64,000 bases of DNA from Octopus vulgaris (taxonomy: Eukaryota), in contig OX597832.1 of NCBI GenBank assembly GCA_951406725.2, forward strand, positions 9,548,001 through 9,612,000, given 5' to 3'. This document shows, one piece after another, positions 51,441 to 64,000 of this stretch. How positions within the stretch are numbered: position 1 is the first letter of the stretch; the number at the start of each line of letters is the position of its first letter. The position numbers were made by a program, and so were the translations under genes. The notes beneath the pieces were generated by a model. The model ran no database searches. It had not been told where the DNA came from and was given only the letters and a program-made list of their open reading frames with translations.

Positions 51441-52800
51441 TTAGTGGAATTTATGCGTGTGTAGGCATTTCTCGCGACCCCTTCACTTAATAGTCTTTTA
51501 GTAGAGAAACTAATTCTATATCGTACAGTTGTATATAGGTCACAGCATTTATCTGGTGGGTGTAAGGCTTTAAACTGAGATAAAACTTTCTATGTAATTT
51601 TAAAGCTAATGTTCTTATTTTATAATTGCCATATAAATTTAATCAGGCTGGTTGATGAACGTTTGTCAGGATTTCGAAAAGGAAGTTCAGGGTTCGCGAG
51701 TCTAGTCTTAATAATAGTTTTGCAGCTACCGATATAAGAGTAGTGCTATCCTGTAGCTCCCACTGCGGCTGGGTAACCTACAATTTCTTTTCTTTTGCAG
51801 TTACTATTGGATTTGCATTGATCATTGTTACTAATATCCTACAACTTACTAATATTATCAGTGAAGAATTTCATGTTTGTTTAGTTCGAGTGGTTACTCG
51901 TTGATCGTTAAGTTGACATGTTGCACGTTTAGCGTAAAATTCATCAAATTTAGTAGAAGTGAGAAGTGATATGTATCTAAATAGATTACGAGTTACTGAG
52001 AATCCATATCGGAAACAACCGTTGTGGAGTAATGTATTGTATTTGTTTTTATTCAATTGTTTATTAATTATCATGTACATTATATAAATTATATTAACAT
52101 TTATATGTTTAGCGAACGGCAAATTTAACCAAATAGTATTTTTATTATCTCTTTTGTTATTACCATTGCAAGAAACTTTATTATGGTAGTTATCTGTTAT
52201 GGATTTAATAGAAGGTATGTAGATTCTGTTTCTTCTTATATTGTGTGTTGCATTTGGTTTGTGATTTAAGGGTGGACATATATTCTTGCCTGCTATGGTT
52301 GAAGCTTTGATGTTGCTTCTGTTCATGTGATTATTATTATAAGTATATCTGTGCATTTCTAGCTTTTTCTAGTGCAATGTTTTCTATTTCTGTTTTCGCC
52401 TAATACATCCTCACTGCAGGAGAGCATATTAAGTCTTGTTTCAATACTTTTAACGAGCCAATTTGCGATAGCTGTTGGATCATTGCTATTTTCATTGATG
52501 TATGTGATTTTAATAGTTAGGCTTATGATAAGATGTATATATACTTGAGAGGAGGTAAGAATATATATTTAAAATTTTATATATATATATATACACTTTT
52601 ACAATATCATAGTGATATAAATGTGAGGTCCAAATATCTTGTGCAGGAATACAAAAAATTAAACATCTCTTCCATGTATCTATTAATTACATCAGTTATA
52701 TATCTGAAGATCTTTGGATGTTCCGAAGCTGTCTGTCATAGAAAGTGTAATAAGAGCACATATAACACTATAAATCATTTTGTTGATAGGAAAAAATACT
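51441..52800 (-). mobile_element. Penelope-like element, decayed RT C-terminus + GIY-YIG endonuclease region
   Basis: Minus-strand YLDLTF, YHKPN, ITYINENSNDP...IETRLNMLSCSE, TIWLNLPFAKH, SLIKFIWQL, KCCDL and terminal KCLHTHKFH*. These match the motif order of Neptune/Naiad-type PLE ORFs. Confidence 0.8.
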
Positions 52801-53186
52801 ACATATGGTCATGTTAGCTGTGCAGTAATTAGTATCAATAAGCATTTATTTCCCTTATGATAATGGTATTTAATGTACCATATCCTTATCTCAACAGAAA
52901 CAATTAAGCGGTTCTCAGTAACCGGAATGCAAATTTTTCTGCCGCATAATGCAACACCAGGAAAACTAAGCCATTTCGACATTAACAAGTGAAGCTGGTA
53001 TTCAAACGCCAACGGCTTTTCAGTACTGCACGTCCCAGCAATGAATAAATTTTTTCCCTAGTATTACTATATTTATCAAATATCAAAGTAAAACTTGTAT
53101 AGTTGTTGTAACATACACATTTCTCAACATATATAATCATTGAAAACTCCTTTAGATTTATATTATTATATATTTAACTCTTTAAT

Positions 53187-53343
53187 ATAAGAGGGAGCGC
53201 TGAAATGTTCTCGACCTGACGGTATCGCGAATGTCCTGGTGGAAGGTCCAAATTTCAGATTTCTTGAATAAAATTATAATTAACTGATCCATATGTATTT
53301 TCTTTTTCGCAAAGCCAGAAAAGTTTGGGCACACCCTTGGTAT
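53187..53343. mobile_element. Degraded Tc1/mariner-type MITE
   Basis: Imperfect TIRs TA..GAGGGAGCGCTGAAATGTTCTCGACCT and AAGCCAGAAAAGTTTGGGCACACCCTTGGTA. Confidence 0.45.
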
Positions 53344-53554
53344 AAAAAAAAAACACAGTGTCAATTAAAAAAACAAACATTACAAACAGAGAAAAAAGGA
53401 AAATGAACATGAGTACGTGCACAAGCAATGCATTAATTTGACGCTCAGTGAAATGAGAGAGTTATTAACGTTTCGAGAATGGCTTTTCGTCGGAAGGAGG
53501 AAAGTCCCAAGAGAAAGTAGCATAAATGAGGGCATAAACACAGATACATATATA

Positions 53555-53810
53555 CATGTATTGAGCAAAACGCTTTATTTCACGTTGCTCCAGATCACAC
53601 AGTTGTAGAAATGAGTTGCAAAGTCACTGGTGCCAAGCAGTATCGGCTTATGCCTTTCTCTTATTTAAAATCAGTGGCATGGAGAGAGGAGACTGGTATG
53701 CATGAGTGACTTCTGGTCCTCCATGAACAAACTTGCCCGGACTTATGATTTAGAGGGTAAATTTCTAGGTGTAATTCCATGGTCATTCATGATCGAAGTG
53801 GGTCTTTAAC
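53555..53810 (+). mobile_element. Headless SINE with middle M2 + tail T2
   Basis: TTGAGCAA...TTTCACGTTGCTCCAG...AAATGAG, then homology to 27205-27399. Confidence 0.7.
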
Positions 53811-54071
53811 ATATGAGAATGGGCTAAACAGATCAGCAGGATACACGTCGATGGAAGAGTCACTGAAGAGATCACGGATGTGAGTCGAGAGACTTCCAGA
53901 CAATTAACATAAGATAAAATAAGAACAAAAATAAACTAGTGGAGAACCAACATGTGGAGCGTGTGTTTATTTGGCAAGGAAGAAAGTTATCATCCTGATA
54001 TATATGTATATATATACACACAAACATACATACATACATACATATAAACATACATTAAGTATTCAGATATT

Positions 54072-54449
54072 TTACTTTTTACTGTTTTACTTGTTTCAGT
54101 AATTTGACTGTGGCCATGCTATGGTACCACCTTTAGTCGAGCAAATCGACCCCCGGACTTATTCATTGTAAGCCTAGTACTTATTATATCGGACTCTTTT
54201 GCCGAATCTCTAAGTTACGGGACGTAAACATACCAGCATCGGTTGTCAAGCAATGTTGTGGGACAGACACAGACACACAAACATATATACACGTACATAC
54301 GACGGGCTTCTTTCAGTTTCCGTCTACCAAATCCACTCAGAAGGCTTTGGTCGGCCCGAGGCTATAGTAGAAGACACCTGCCCAAAGTGCCATGCAATGC
54401 GACTGAACCTGCAAACATGCGGTTCGAAAGCAAGCTACGTACCACACAG
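54072..54449 (-). mobile_element. SINE-A, near full length
   Basis: Reverse complement of SINE-A lacking the first ~13 nt. Confidence 0.88.
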
Positions 54450-55973
54450 TAAGTAAATTTACATGACTAGTGAATGTAGATGTAAACTGGAGGCGATAGA
54501 GTAGACTTTTCAAACTTTATTGTGAGGAGGAGGTACGTAGGCTACAAAAAATAATGTTTTGTTCAGAATCTAGAATTCCTGATGATATAATATAAGATGA
54601 AGATGTATGGAAAATAAAATATAGTAGTCATATCTTGTTACTGAAATCCAGTATTGAAACGTGAACTTTCAAATGATGATGTTCATAACGATGATATATG
54701 TTAACAATGTTGAATGATACTTTTAAATAAAAAAAAAGAAGAATATATTTTATGTGAATGATAAAATAATATAATCAGTTCCAATTATATAAATAGTAGA
54801 AATGTCAGCAACTTAGAAAATGTTGGATTACAATGCATGCAGTTATTCCATTTGCTGCAGTAAAGAATATCTAAATAAAAAAAAGAAAAAGATGCGGCCA
54901 CAGGCTATGTATTTCTGCATTTTGTAATTTTGACTTGACAACTGCATTTCTGTTCAGTGTTGTAGTGACATCGTGACGGAGAAAGTAACGAAGAAGATAC
55001 ATACAACCTTGAAGAGTCTAGTAAATGGAATATTCTACATTGTGATATACCAAAAATATCTCTTACGTTAATGGAATAGTTTAACATGATGACAGTTGAA
55101 CAAGAGATAAGAGGTTAACTGTCAGGATTATGTTTGCGTCCGTTTAAATTGAAGAAAGAGTATTGCATAATTGCAATTAGTTTCTCAATATCACAATTTC
55201 CTACATTTACATAAGTGATAAACGAATTCTAGACATCTATGTTTAATTATAAATCGAAAGTCTCTTCGCATATTAGAACAATGAGCATCCATACATTCTA
55301 GACACACAGACACAAACGGACACACACACACTCACACACACTTACACGCATATTTACATATCTACGTGTGAATGAAAAACTTGCGTAAATCAGGTGACTC
55401 CTAGATTTTTGCAAATTTAAGCTGTGTGTAGTGTTTCTATTGAGTAAACCGAGTAAAAGGCTCTTCTTGTGTAAGCATGCTTTTAATTTCAAAACATTAT
55501 ATCAAACACTATTAGAGTAAATATGTGCCCTGTGTTTATGCAAGAGATTTTGTACAAACATTTAGAATTCCCATCCAAATATTATTAACAATTTACTCTA
55601 CAACAAATATTAATTATTATTTAATATATGTACGTATGTGATTTTTAGCGAAATGTCGACGAGGAAGGCAAGATTCGCCATGTTGAAAGGGGCTACGCTG
55701 AGTAGGCTTTTCTATGTAAGAGTAAAGGAACTGTTAGAGGGTATCTCCTGTACCTTAAAGTCAACAGATTATTCAGGGTCATTTTGTGCACGATTTGTTT
55801 CTCTTGGGAGTTTCTGTTTATTTAGTGATTAGTTCTTTTTTTTCGGTTTCGATATTGGTATGTTTTTTTTAGATATGAAAAATAGATCAATGTGAAACAT
55901 ACATCTTCGGTTATATTTCGTCCTTTGGTATTGCCCTCCATATCCAGGGCCCTTTTTGTCCAATGAAAAGGTC

Positions 55974-56042
<69 letters not shown>

Positions 56043-56046
56043 GATT

Positions 56047-56084
<38 letters not shown>

Positions 56085-56220
56085 GTGATGGTCGACATGC
56101 TTATCCTTTTTTCGGGATCGATGAGAAAAGTACCACTCCATTACTGGTATCGATGTTATCGACTATTCTTCTCTCCCAAAATGTATGGCCTCGTGCGAAT
56201 AATAGAAACAGAAAATATTA

Positions 56221-56276
<56 letters not shown>

Positions 56277-56495
56277 GTTATTATTATTAACATTATTCCG
56301 GTGAGCTAACAGAATCGTTAACATTCCTAACAAAATACTTAGCGGCGTTTGGTCTTATCTTTACGTTCTGTTTTCAAATTCTTCCGAGGTGGACATTGCT
56401 TTTTACCTTTTCAGTGTCTATAAAATAAGTACCAGTCAAGTTTAGGATGCAATCGATCCCAAATTACCGGGCTTGTACCTAAAATAGAGAAGGGT
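56085..56495 (+). mobile_element. Two diverged SINE-C (tail C2) copies separated by (TTA)n
   Basis: 56085-56212 ends CCCAAAATGTATGGCCTCGTGCGAATAATAGAAAC; 56300-56495 ends CCCAAATTACCGGGCTTGTACCTAAAATAGAA. Confidence 0.65.
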
Positions 56496-57249
56496 ATTAG
56501 TTAGCCATCATCTGAGAAAATCAAGCTTGATAACCGCTGTCTATAAAAAAAAACAAAAACAAAAAAACAAATGCAGTATAAATCAAGGAAAACTGTTGCA
56601 ATTGAATTTGAAATTAGTGTCAAAGTGGAAGTCGTATTGCTTTCCACCAACTGGTTTGTTTAGTTTCGTAAGTTTCTCGCCAATTTTAACGAGATATCGA
56701 TTTACTTTTTTTCTGTAATGAAAATTTCGTTTACTCCCTCCATGGAAAAATTAGTAAACATGTTAAAATTTGTTAATGAGAGAAAGAACAAAATTGTTGA
56801 AGGATACCAGAAGGACGAGAAAGACTGTAACAGAGGGACATGCGTGAGTTTGATGCGTTAATTTGACGATGAGAAAACAGATGAAATCATAAAGTACATC
56901 AACAACAGATTTGAAGACAGAGAGAAAATGGAAAATTTTAACAAATGAAACCTTGAAGCCACAACCACCAACAATAATTACGACATGAACTGTAACAAAT
57001 TTAAAGAGGAACAGAAAATGAAAAACTCTAACAAAGAAATTATCGAACCCACCATTTATCCACAATAACAACAACAGCAACAGTAATATTGACAACAAGC
57101 AGATTACAAGTCAAACAGTATTAGTAACATTTTAACAAAGCAAGCAATAGAACAATCACCGTCGCAAAATGAACAAGAAAACCAATTACTCATCCATTTT
57201 TTTTCTCACGTTGCATCACAAAAAGGTGAGGCAGAATCGATTCAATTTC

Positions 57250-59345
57250 GACAGTGTTTGATCGTTTCTGGTGGCCAGACACTAATCCTTAACTACTATA
57301 ATGAAACTCTCTCTTTTAGATTTAAATCCGGAGGCAGATGGTTCATATTGGCGTCAACAACAGGTTCATTTCTCCATGCAATGTAATGCCATTTCTTTTA
57401 CTTCTATTTCGCAAATATTTCATTTTACTTGTGTTTTTATTTGAGATTTCCTAACGCGGGGTTCAATTTATTTTAGCTGCTCTTGACACGCTGTCCTGTT
57501 GCTTTAATTCGTTGTTTCTTCTGCTATCGAGTACATTTTTTCTGTACTGTCATATTTGCAGATAAATTTAAGCTTACATTCACAATGCTTGCAAACTTTA
57601 GAGATAGTTGCAGCTATATCAGTCCACATCCATTCGTTTATAGTCTATCGACATCTGCTTTGCTTGCTACTTTATCAGTTTTATTCATAACACTGCAGGA
57701 CAGTTTTTTACTGTTAAAACTATTGGTCACTCATGTATACCTAAGGTTTTGATTGCATCGGTCCGGTCCCATTTCTCTTATTAGGTTCGCATTTTAGAAT
57801 AATAATAAATTTTCGGATAATATTCTTTCCTAAAATTTTCATGCGTTCGTATGTACTGGAGGCTATCCCGTTCACATACACCTCAGTACTTGTAATTGCT
57901 TTCGAGATCTAATTCTTTGTGGATGGCCAACTTATTTGGCCAAATATTTGCAACAGATATTACTTGGAAGAATGAAGGTTTAGCACCTTTGTCTCTGCTG
58001 AACTCTATACAATTATATAACGATAAACGATAAACGTCGCCCTCTTCAAGCCTAGCCAGGCTCATGGTCTCGGTTTCCCGGTTTCTGTGGTGTATAAGGT
58101 CCCCCCACTGCTGGACGGGACGCCAGTCTATCGCAGCGTTACTCAAGAAACAGGAAGAGAGATTGAGAGACAGTTGTGGAGAAAGTGTACATCAGGGGTC
58201 ATCACCACACCCTGTCGGAGCGTCGTGCAGCTTTTAAGTGTTTTCGCTCAGTATACACACACAGCGCCCGGTCTGGGAATCGAAACCGCGATCCTCCAAC
58301 CGCGAGTCCACTGCCCTAACCACTGGGCCATTGCGTCTCCACTATACAGTTATATACACTGAATTATTTTACTATCGGTAAAAAAGGTTCCAGTTCTCCA
58401 TCGTTCGTGAGAAGCTTTAGACAACTATGCAAAGGAGCTGATTAATTCGTTCATTGTATACTCTGCATCTATGTTTTGTATTGTTCAACAACTTACTTAG
58501 GGAAAAATTGAGCCAAGGAAATGGGTAGTGGTGAGAGAGAGCCACTTTAAAACCTAGCAAGTTACGCTGATATCACCAGCGTTCACAGACATGTCTATAA
58601 ATTCAGTTTAAGAGTTCTTTTCTATTACTTGGATCTATTCGAGAGAAAATTATCAATACCGTGAGAGATTTTATATTTATTTCCAAGCTTTTCCCAATCC
58701 TCTTATGTAGAAGACATTCAAACGTTTTTCTGTAATCAATCCACGCAAAATAATGATATTTACGTTGTTGTGACAGTTCCCAAGAAATAGTTTATTGATG
58801 AAACGTCGCTATTTACAATTGTACTAGTCGCGTTTATTGCCTTTTCGCTCACCGTGGAATAGTTTCTTATCCATCATGACAACTGTAGACGTATTCATTA
58901 ATGATAGACGTTATCGTTTTACAAATGGTTCTAAATCATGTAATTAGTCTTGTTTTCAGGTATAATAATTGAGTTTTATCCCAGACGAATTTCCCGTACT
59001 GTTTTGGCTTAGATAATTTGCGTGATTTTCTTTTATATTGCTTCTCCGATTTCACATATTAATTTTATCTCGTATTTTCTGTTCAGCTTCTTTGATTTTC
59101 ATACATTTTTTGCGGTTGATGTTATTGAGTGTTTAAATATCAGAGCTATTTATCGTAATTTCATTTCTAATTCTTTTTCTCCATTCTCGTTTAGTGTTTA
59201 TTTGTTGAGTCTTACTTTTTACTTGTATACTACACAGGTCAGTGGCTATTGAAGCTGTAGCATCAAGTAGCTTATCCAGGGAGGTAAACACTGCTTCATG
59301 TTCACTCAAGTTGGCCGTTTTAACTGCATTTATCTTACTTATTTA
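57250..59345 (-). mobile_element. Decayed R4/Dong-like LINE reverse-transcriptase region, interrupted by a SINE-B
   Basis: Minus-strand relic motifs in order: AWIDYRKTF, SGSLSPL, IEFSRDKGAK, ELDLESNYKY, RKEYY, ILKCEPN, KADVDRL..GCGL. Not evident from the ORF track because of stops. Confidence 0.7.
58020..58341 (-). mobile_element. SINE-B head + M1 + tail T3
   Basis: After M1 the minus strand continues GCGATAGACTGGCGTCCCGTCCAG...GAAACCGGGAAACCG...(CGTTTAT)n. TSD CTATACAATTATATA / CTATACAGTTATATA. Confidence 0.85.
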
Positions 59346-59399
59346 ACTAGAGATGGGAATCTGGAGAAAAATATTGCGATCTCTACGTTCCATGAAAGA

Positions 59400-59945
59400 A
59401 AGACTGAAGTTGCGACATCTCCGGCGCTTCTTTAAATATGTACAATTGTGAACCTGGTTTGCGAGGTAGGATTTTCCGCACCTCGTCTCATTGGTGGAGC
59501 TATAATCCTGGACGATGTGTAGACCTAGGAAGAGAACTTGGCACTTGGAGTTTCGGCAAGCATTCATAGCCCTAAGCTAGTCGGGCAATGCAGTCTGTGG
59601 AGGATACATATTGGAGCTTAGTGACGGGAAGGTGCATGATGTCCTGAGAGAGTAACTAGGCATCGGGAGTGCGCCAATAGCTAGTGGCCTATGAATTCCA
59701 GAAATCCCTAGGCTGGTAGTGTTATTAGGAATCTCTGCCGGTTTGAGACGGGCACGGAAGTACTGTCAGACGAACCTACCCGAGCAGGGCGATGGTACTG
59801 TTTTGCATGCACTCGTCCATTGTCCGGGCATTGCTAACATGTTGTGCTTTGCGCAACAGCTGTTGTCGTGTGTAGGGCAGATCCGGTTATCGGTTGACTC
59901 CATCATGAATACGGCCTATCCACCTCCTTTTGGCCGTGATGTGCA
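59400..59945 (+). mobile_element. Tx1/L1-like ORF2 C-terminal fragment
   Basis: FQKSLGW..ESLPV..GHGSTV / QGDGTVLHALVHCP resembles the zf-RVT plus CCHC region of L1/Tx1 ORF2. Confidence 0.65.
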
Positions 59946-60131
59946 AGCAGTCTGGTAGCTGCAGGGAGAGAAGATTTGTGATGAACGAAATGTCTGAAAA
60001 CAGAAACCTTCCTCTTCGGCCAAGCTATGATGCACCAACGCTACATCTCCTCGTGATCAGAAATGCATATATCGTCAGCCATCAAGTGACATGCTCAACT
60101 GATTGTGGTCAAACAATTGACAAGCCAATGA

Positions 60132-60211
<80 letters not shown>

Positions 60212-60239
60212 CAGTAGTTTTATTATTATTATTATTATC

Positions 60240-61135
60240 ATTTACCATTTAATCTGCATGTTTGTTATAATCGCGTGTGAACACACCTAACGTCCTTGGA
60301 CAAGTGAATGATAAGTGGTGACTGAAAGCCTTGGGAAGGGAAGTGCCTGGGGCAGTAGCTAAATATATTAATGTAATAGGGCATGGACATTTAAATTGAT
60401 AGGGGTTTTCTAATTATGTATTCAGTACTTGTTAGCACAATCTTTTGGATTTCTCTGACACATGGTTATCCTGGGATGTTGTCAAGATGTTTCTGATATC
60501 CTGTTTTCTCATACTAACGGCACTTACAATAACAGGAACAGCTCTATGTCTAAAATTCAACAAATTTTGAATTTCAGTATTCAGGTCCTTATATGTACTT
60601 AATTTGTCAAATTCCTTTACAGATATAATTTTATCAGAGGGACGCTTATATTTATTAGCCTACAAGTAATTATTCCTTGTCTTTAATGATTATGTCTGTT
60701 CGATCGTCCTGGAATTGTTCAGAGGACGGTGACACTTTACCTTCAACGACTGACTCGAGATGATTATCATGCCAGTAAGGGGGTGCCGATTTTGCAGTGT
60801 TTATATATTTTCCAATGTAAATAATGTCCTACCTTATCATGGATAGTTTTGCATTCGTTTGGTTCTAGCGAAAGACATCTCGAAGCGAGGTCGTTTATTG
60901 TTTCCTCAAATGAGACGCAGGAACTGCATTTATGGTCAGAACGGTTTGGTAGAATTTTAGCCTGGTCGTTTCTGGCAAGCAAGCTTTGGTCTTGTGCCGC
61001 CAATATGAAACCTTCAGTCTCTACTTTTAGTCCTGAAATTCTCAGCCACTGATGGGTTGTTGTTTGGTTCACACCAGCATTCGATTTTGAAGAATATACT
61101 GCCCATACGGGGGCCTCTGGCTCCACCAATCCTCA
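60240..61135 (-). mobile_element. R4/Dong-like LINE 3' fragment (CCHC + restriction-like endonuclease)
   Basis: WLRISGLKVETEGFILAAQDQSL, KCSSC..EETI, HDKVGHYLHW, RTDIIIKDK, VPSDKII.VKE.DKL..YKDL and VPVIVSA. Flanked by (TTA)/(TAG) arrays. Confidence 0.88.
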
Positions 61136-61189
61136 TTTTGTTATTATTGTTGTTGTTTTTGTTATTATGATTGTTGCTATTATTATTAT

Positions 61190-61575
61190 TGAAGACGTTG
61201 TACAATATTCAATATTGTAATGTTGTAGATTGAAGATAATATGAGTACCGCGGGTTTTCAATTGTCTGTAAAATCACAAGGACCTCAGTAAGACAGTTCT
61301 TTACGCAATAATCATGTAGTTCCCAGTAAATACATCAAAATTGGAGGGTATTTCCAAAGTGTCCAGATGTTTCTTCATCTTGGGTGGTATTGAACCCAAT
61401 GATCCGATGACAAGAGGGACAACCATAAAGTCTGACTCTCGCAGCTGTTACATTTTGAGATTTTTTATTATCTTAATTCTCAGGTTTACATAGATTTCTT
61501 TCGTTTCCCTTTCCTTCATGATATTATGATCTCCTGGAACTGCTACTTTAATTGCTAGGCACTTGTAGCGATATT
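61190..61575 (-). mobile_element. Second R4/Dong-like endonuclease 3' fragment (different subfamily)
   Basis: Minus strand CLAIKVAVPGDHNIMKE...VVPLVIGSLGSIP. Confidence 0.75.
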
Positions 61576-62339
61576 GCTATATTCATTGTTATCTTCACTG
61601 TTTGGGAAAAACATTAGGAATGATCTCGTTTGAGATTACAAACATCTTTGGCTAGTTTAACCTTGTTGTGTCCACTGATCTGATTGGTTAGCATCTTCTC
61701 TTTATAAAAGTAGAACGGTTTTTGGTGTTCTTTATTTATTTACTTTGGCACTGTATATAAACATGTCTTATGGCTTATATAACATTATGTTATGTTATGT
61801 TATGTTGGGATGCAACCGTGCGCTGTTATACAAGAGGAGAAATATGTCACCAAACTCCTCGCGTACGGTCGTATTTTAACATACACTCTTGTCTGTCTCT
61901 CCTAAAGGTTACTATATCCGGACTTCGGTGCTCTACGCCTTGTCCGTCTTCTGTAAGTCAAAACTTGAGAAGCTATTTACCTTCCAGAGCTGGTGTTTTA
62001 GCTGATATTGTTGATGTAAAATAATAGTCTCAATGTTATCGTATTTGACCTAAATCATTTTAGTTTCATTCGCTTCGCGCCAACTCAGATGTCTAGAGTA
62101 CACTACAGATCTGCATTCACATGCATATTTTGGAAATTATCATCATACATGATAATTTAAAACAATATTATTAGGGCAAAACTCAGACATACATTACACA
62201 CATTCTCATTAATGTAAATATTGTTCTTTTATTACACATAATGATCAGTGTTGTTTTGAATCTAGTTCATTTTAATGGAAAATATTAGTTGAAAAAATAG
62301 CTGTTCCAAAAATAGTAATTATGTAAGTATTAAAGTGTA

Positions 62340-62412
62340 TATGTTTATACATGCATACATACATACATATACGTACGTATACATAGGAGTGGCTACTGTA
62401 TACATACATAAA

Positions 62413-62510
<98 letters not shown>

Positions 62511-62630
62511 AAGATAGATAGATAGATAAATAGACAGATAGATAGACAGCTAGATACACAAATGTGCGCGCATGTACGTGTGTTTGTGTGTATGTGTTTA
62601 CACACAAACGCATGCGCACACACATATATA
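62340..62630. repeat. (TA)n-(GA)n-(GATA)n compound microsatellite
   Basis: Direct inspection. Similar arrays occur at 21950-22200, 30245-31070, 36276-36533 and 63550-63793. Confidence 0.95.
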
Positions 62631-63550
62631 CGCAATTCGTATATACATTAATTTTGCATATATACATGTTTCCCTTTCTGTACAATTACGTTTTAGTTCG
62701 GATGTATATGAAAATCACAACCATTACCAAAGGAAATGCATTATATGTGCAAAAATATTACGATACGTTTTGTGAAATATTTTACATTGAAAGGAAATAT
62801 TTTCTTCGTTGGAACAACAAAAACAGCCTAGCGGCATTGTGACTCGTGTTTGTTCTTTCCTTTCAATAATTTTCCTGCAATTCTATTTAAAATCAGCAAA
62901 TTCCTTCTTTGATTTTCGATATAATTTTTTCTACAATTCTCCGTTTTTTCCTTTCTTTTAAAGAGATATTTTTGTGCAATCTCTCATCCTCTTCACAACT
63001 CTATGAAGGAAAAGCTTTTAACACATATTTTTTTTCTATTTTCTGGCCTTTCTGTTCTGGTTACCCAATTTCATTTAACTTCAGTTTTACACAAAGACAC
63101 ACATACCTAAATATAGGTTTTTGATATTTTGGCGTATTTTACGATTCTAGTAACAACTAAAATAGATTAATGTCTGGAAACATTATTAAAGCGAAAAAGA
63201 TACCGAAAAAAATAAAACTTTCAATAACCAATGTTGAGTCAGTAATTTATATGTTTATGGTTTCGTGTTCATTTAATTTCTCTGCGTAATTTAAGCTAAA
63301 GTAATCAATTTGTTTAAAACATCTCTTCATTTATACACAGTTCAAAGAAATGTATGAGAGCGACATTTATAGCATTTTGATATACGTTTAATTACCAACG
63401 ATGAATGATAGCTTTGAGATTTATTAGAACATTGGCAGAATTTTAGTTAGAAACATGCTGTCACTTGTTCTCTTGATCTTTGGCCAAATATTTAGATTCA
63501 GAGACATTGAATTGAGTGGTGCGTAAGAGGTACTCACACACACTCGTAAG

Positions 63551-63640
<90 letters not shown>

Positions 63641-63730
63641 TATACATATATATATATGTATATATGTACATATATGTATATATGTATATGTCTATATATG
63701 TATATATGTATATATGTATATATTTATATT

Positions 63731-63798
<68 letters not shown>

Positions 63799-64000
63799 GT
63801 TGGTGTGCAAAGATAGCTGAATGGTCTTTACCGGTGAATTTAGAGTTCCACATTGTGTATCATCAGCCATTCTACGTTCACTTATGTGGTGTTGTTGCCA
63901 CACTATTTGGTGGTCTTTCCGGTTATAGTATAGAAACCACATATTATAAAAAGTATGATGAAAAGAACACTTAATTTAAAGCATTCTGTAAACTACGCAC

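Noticed and set aside
59945-60130. Repeat-like segment after the Tx1 ORF2 fragment (similarly 46017-46095)
   Set aside because: Probably retroposon fragments, but single-copy in this window and unassignable from the sequence alone.

Overview
AT-rich eukaryotic DNA with dense microsatellites ((TA)n, (CA)n, (TAA)n, (GATA)n). The repeat families look like those of an octopod cephalopod; this is an inference from recalled repeats, not a database result. No host protein-coding gene can be called with confidence, and almost all listed ORFs are microsatellite or repeat artefacts. The window is a patchwork of mobile elements. There are three tRNA-headed SINE families (working names SINE-A, -B, -C) and decayed non-LTR elements (CR1-like, two RTE, several R4/Dong-like, Tx1/L1-like ORF1 and ORF2). 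It also holds a Penelope-like element, a full-length dead mariner, a piggyBac-type MITE, Helitron-type ends and a 690-bp foldback element. The strongest observation is an internally duplicated Tx1/L1-like ORF1 (10053-10190 vs 10243-10380). Its two copies differ mostly by A->G (27 of 42 differences, counted by hand), and As preceded by G are almost all spared. This is the signature expected of an ADAR hyper-edited RNA written back into the genome. Also notable are small (TA)n-embedded elements with minimal hammerhead-ribozyme motifs, TSD-bounded SINEs with swapped middle and tail modules, and a SINE/LINE pair sharing a covarying 3' stem-loop.
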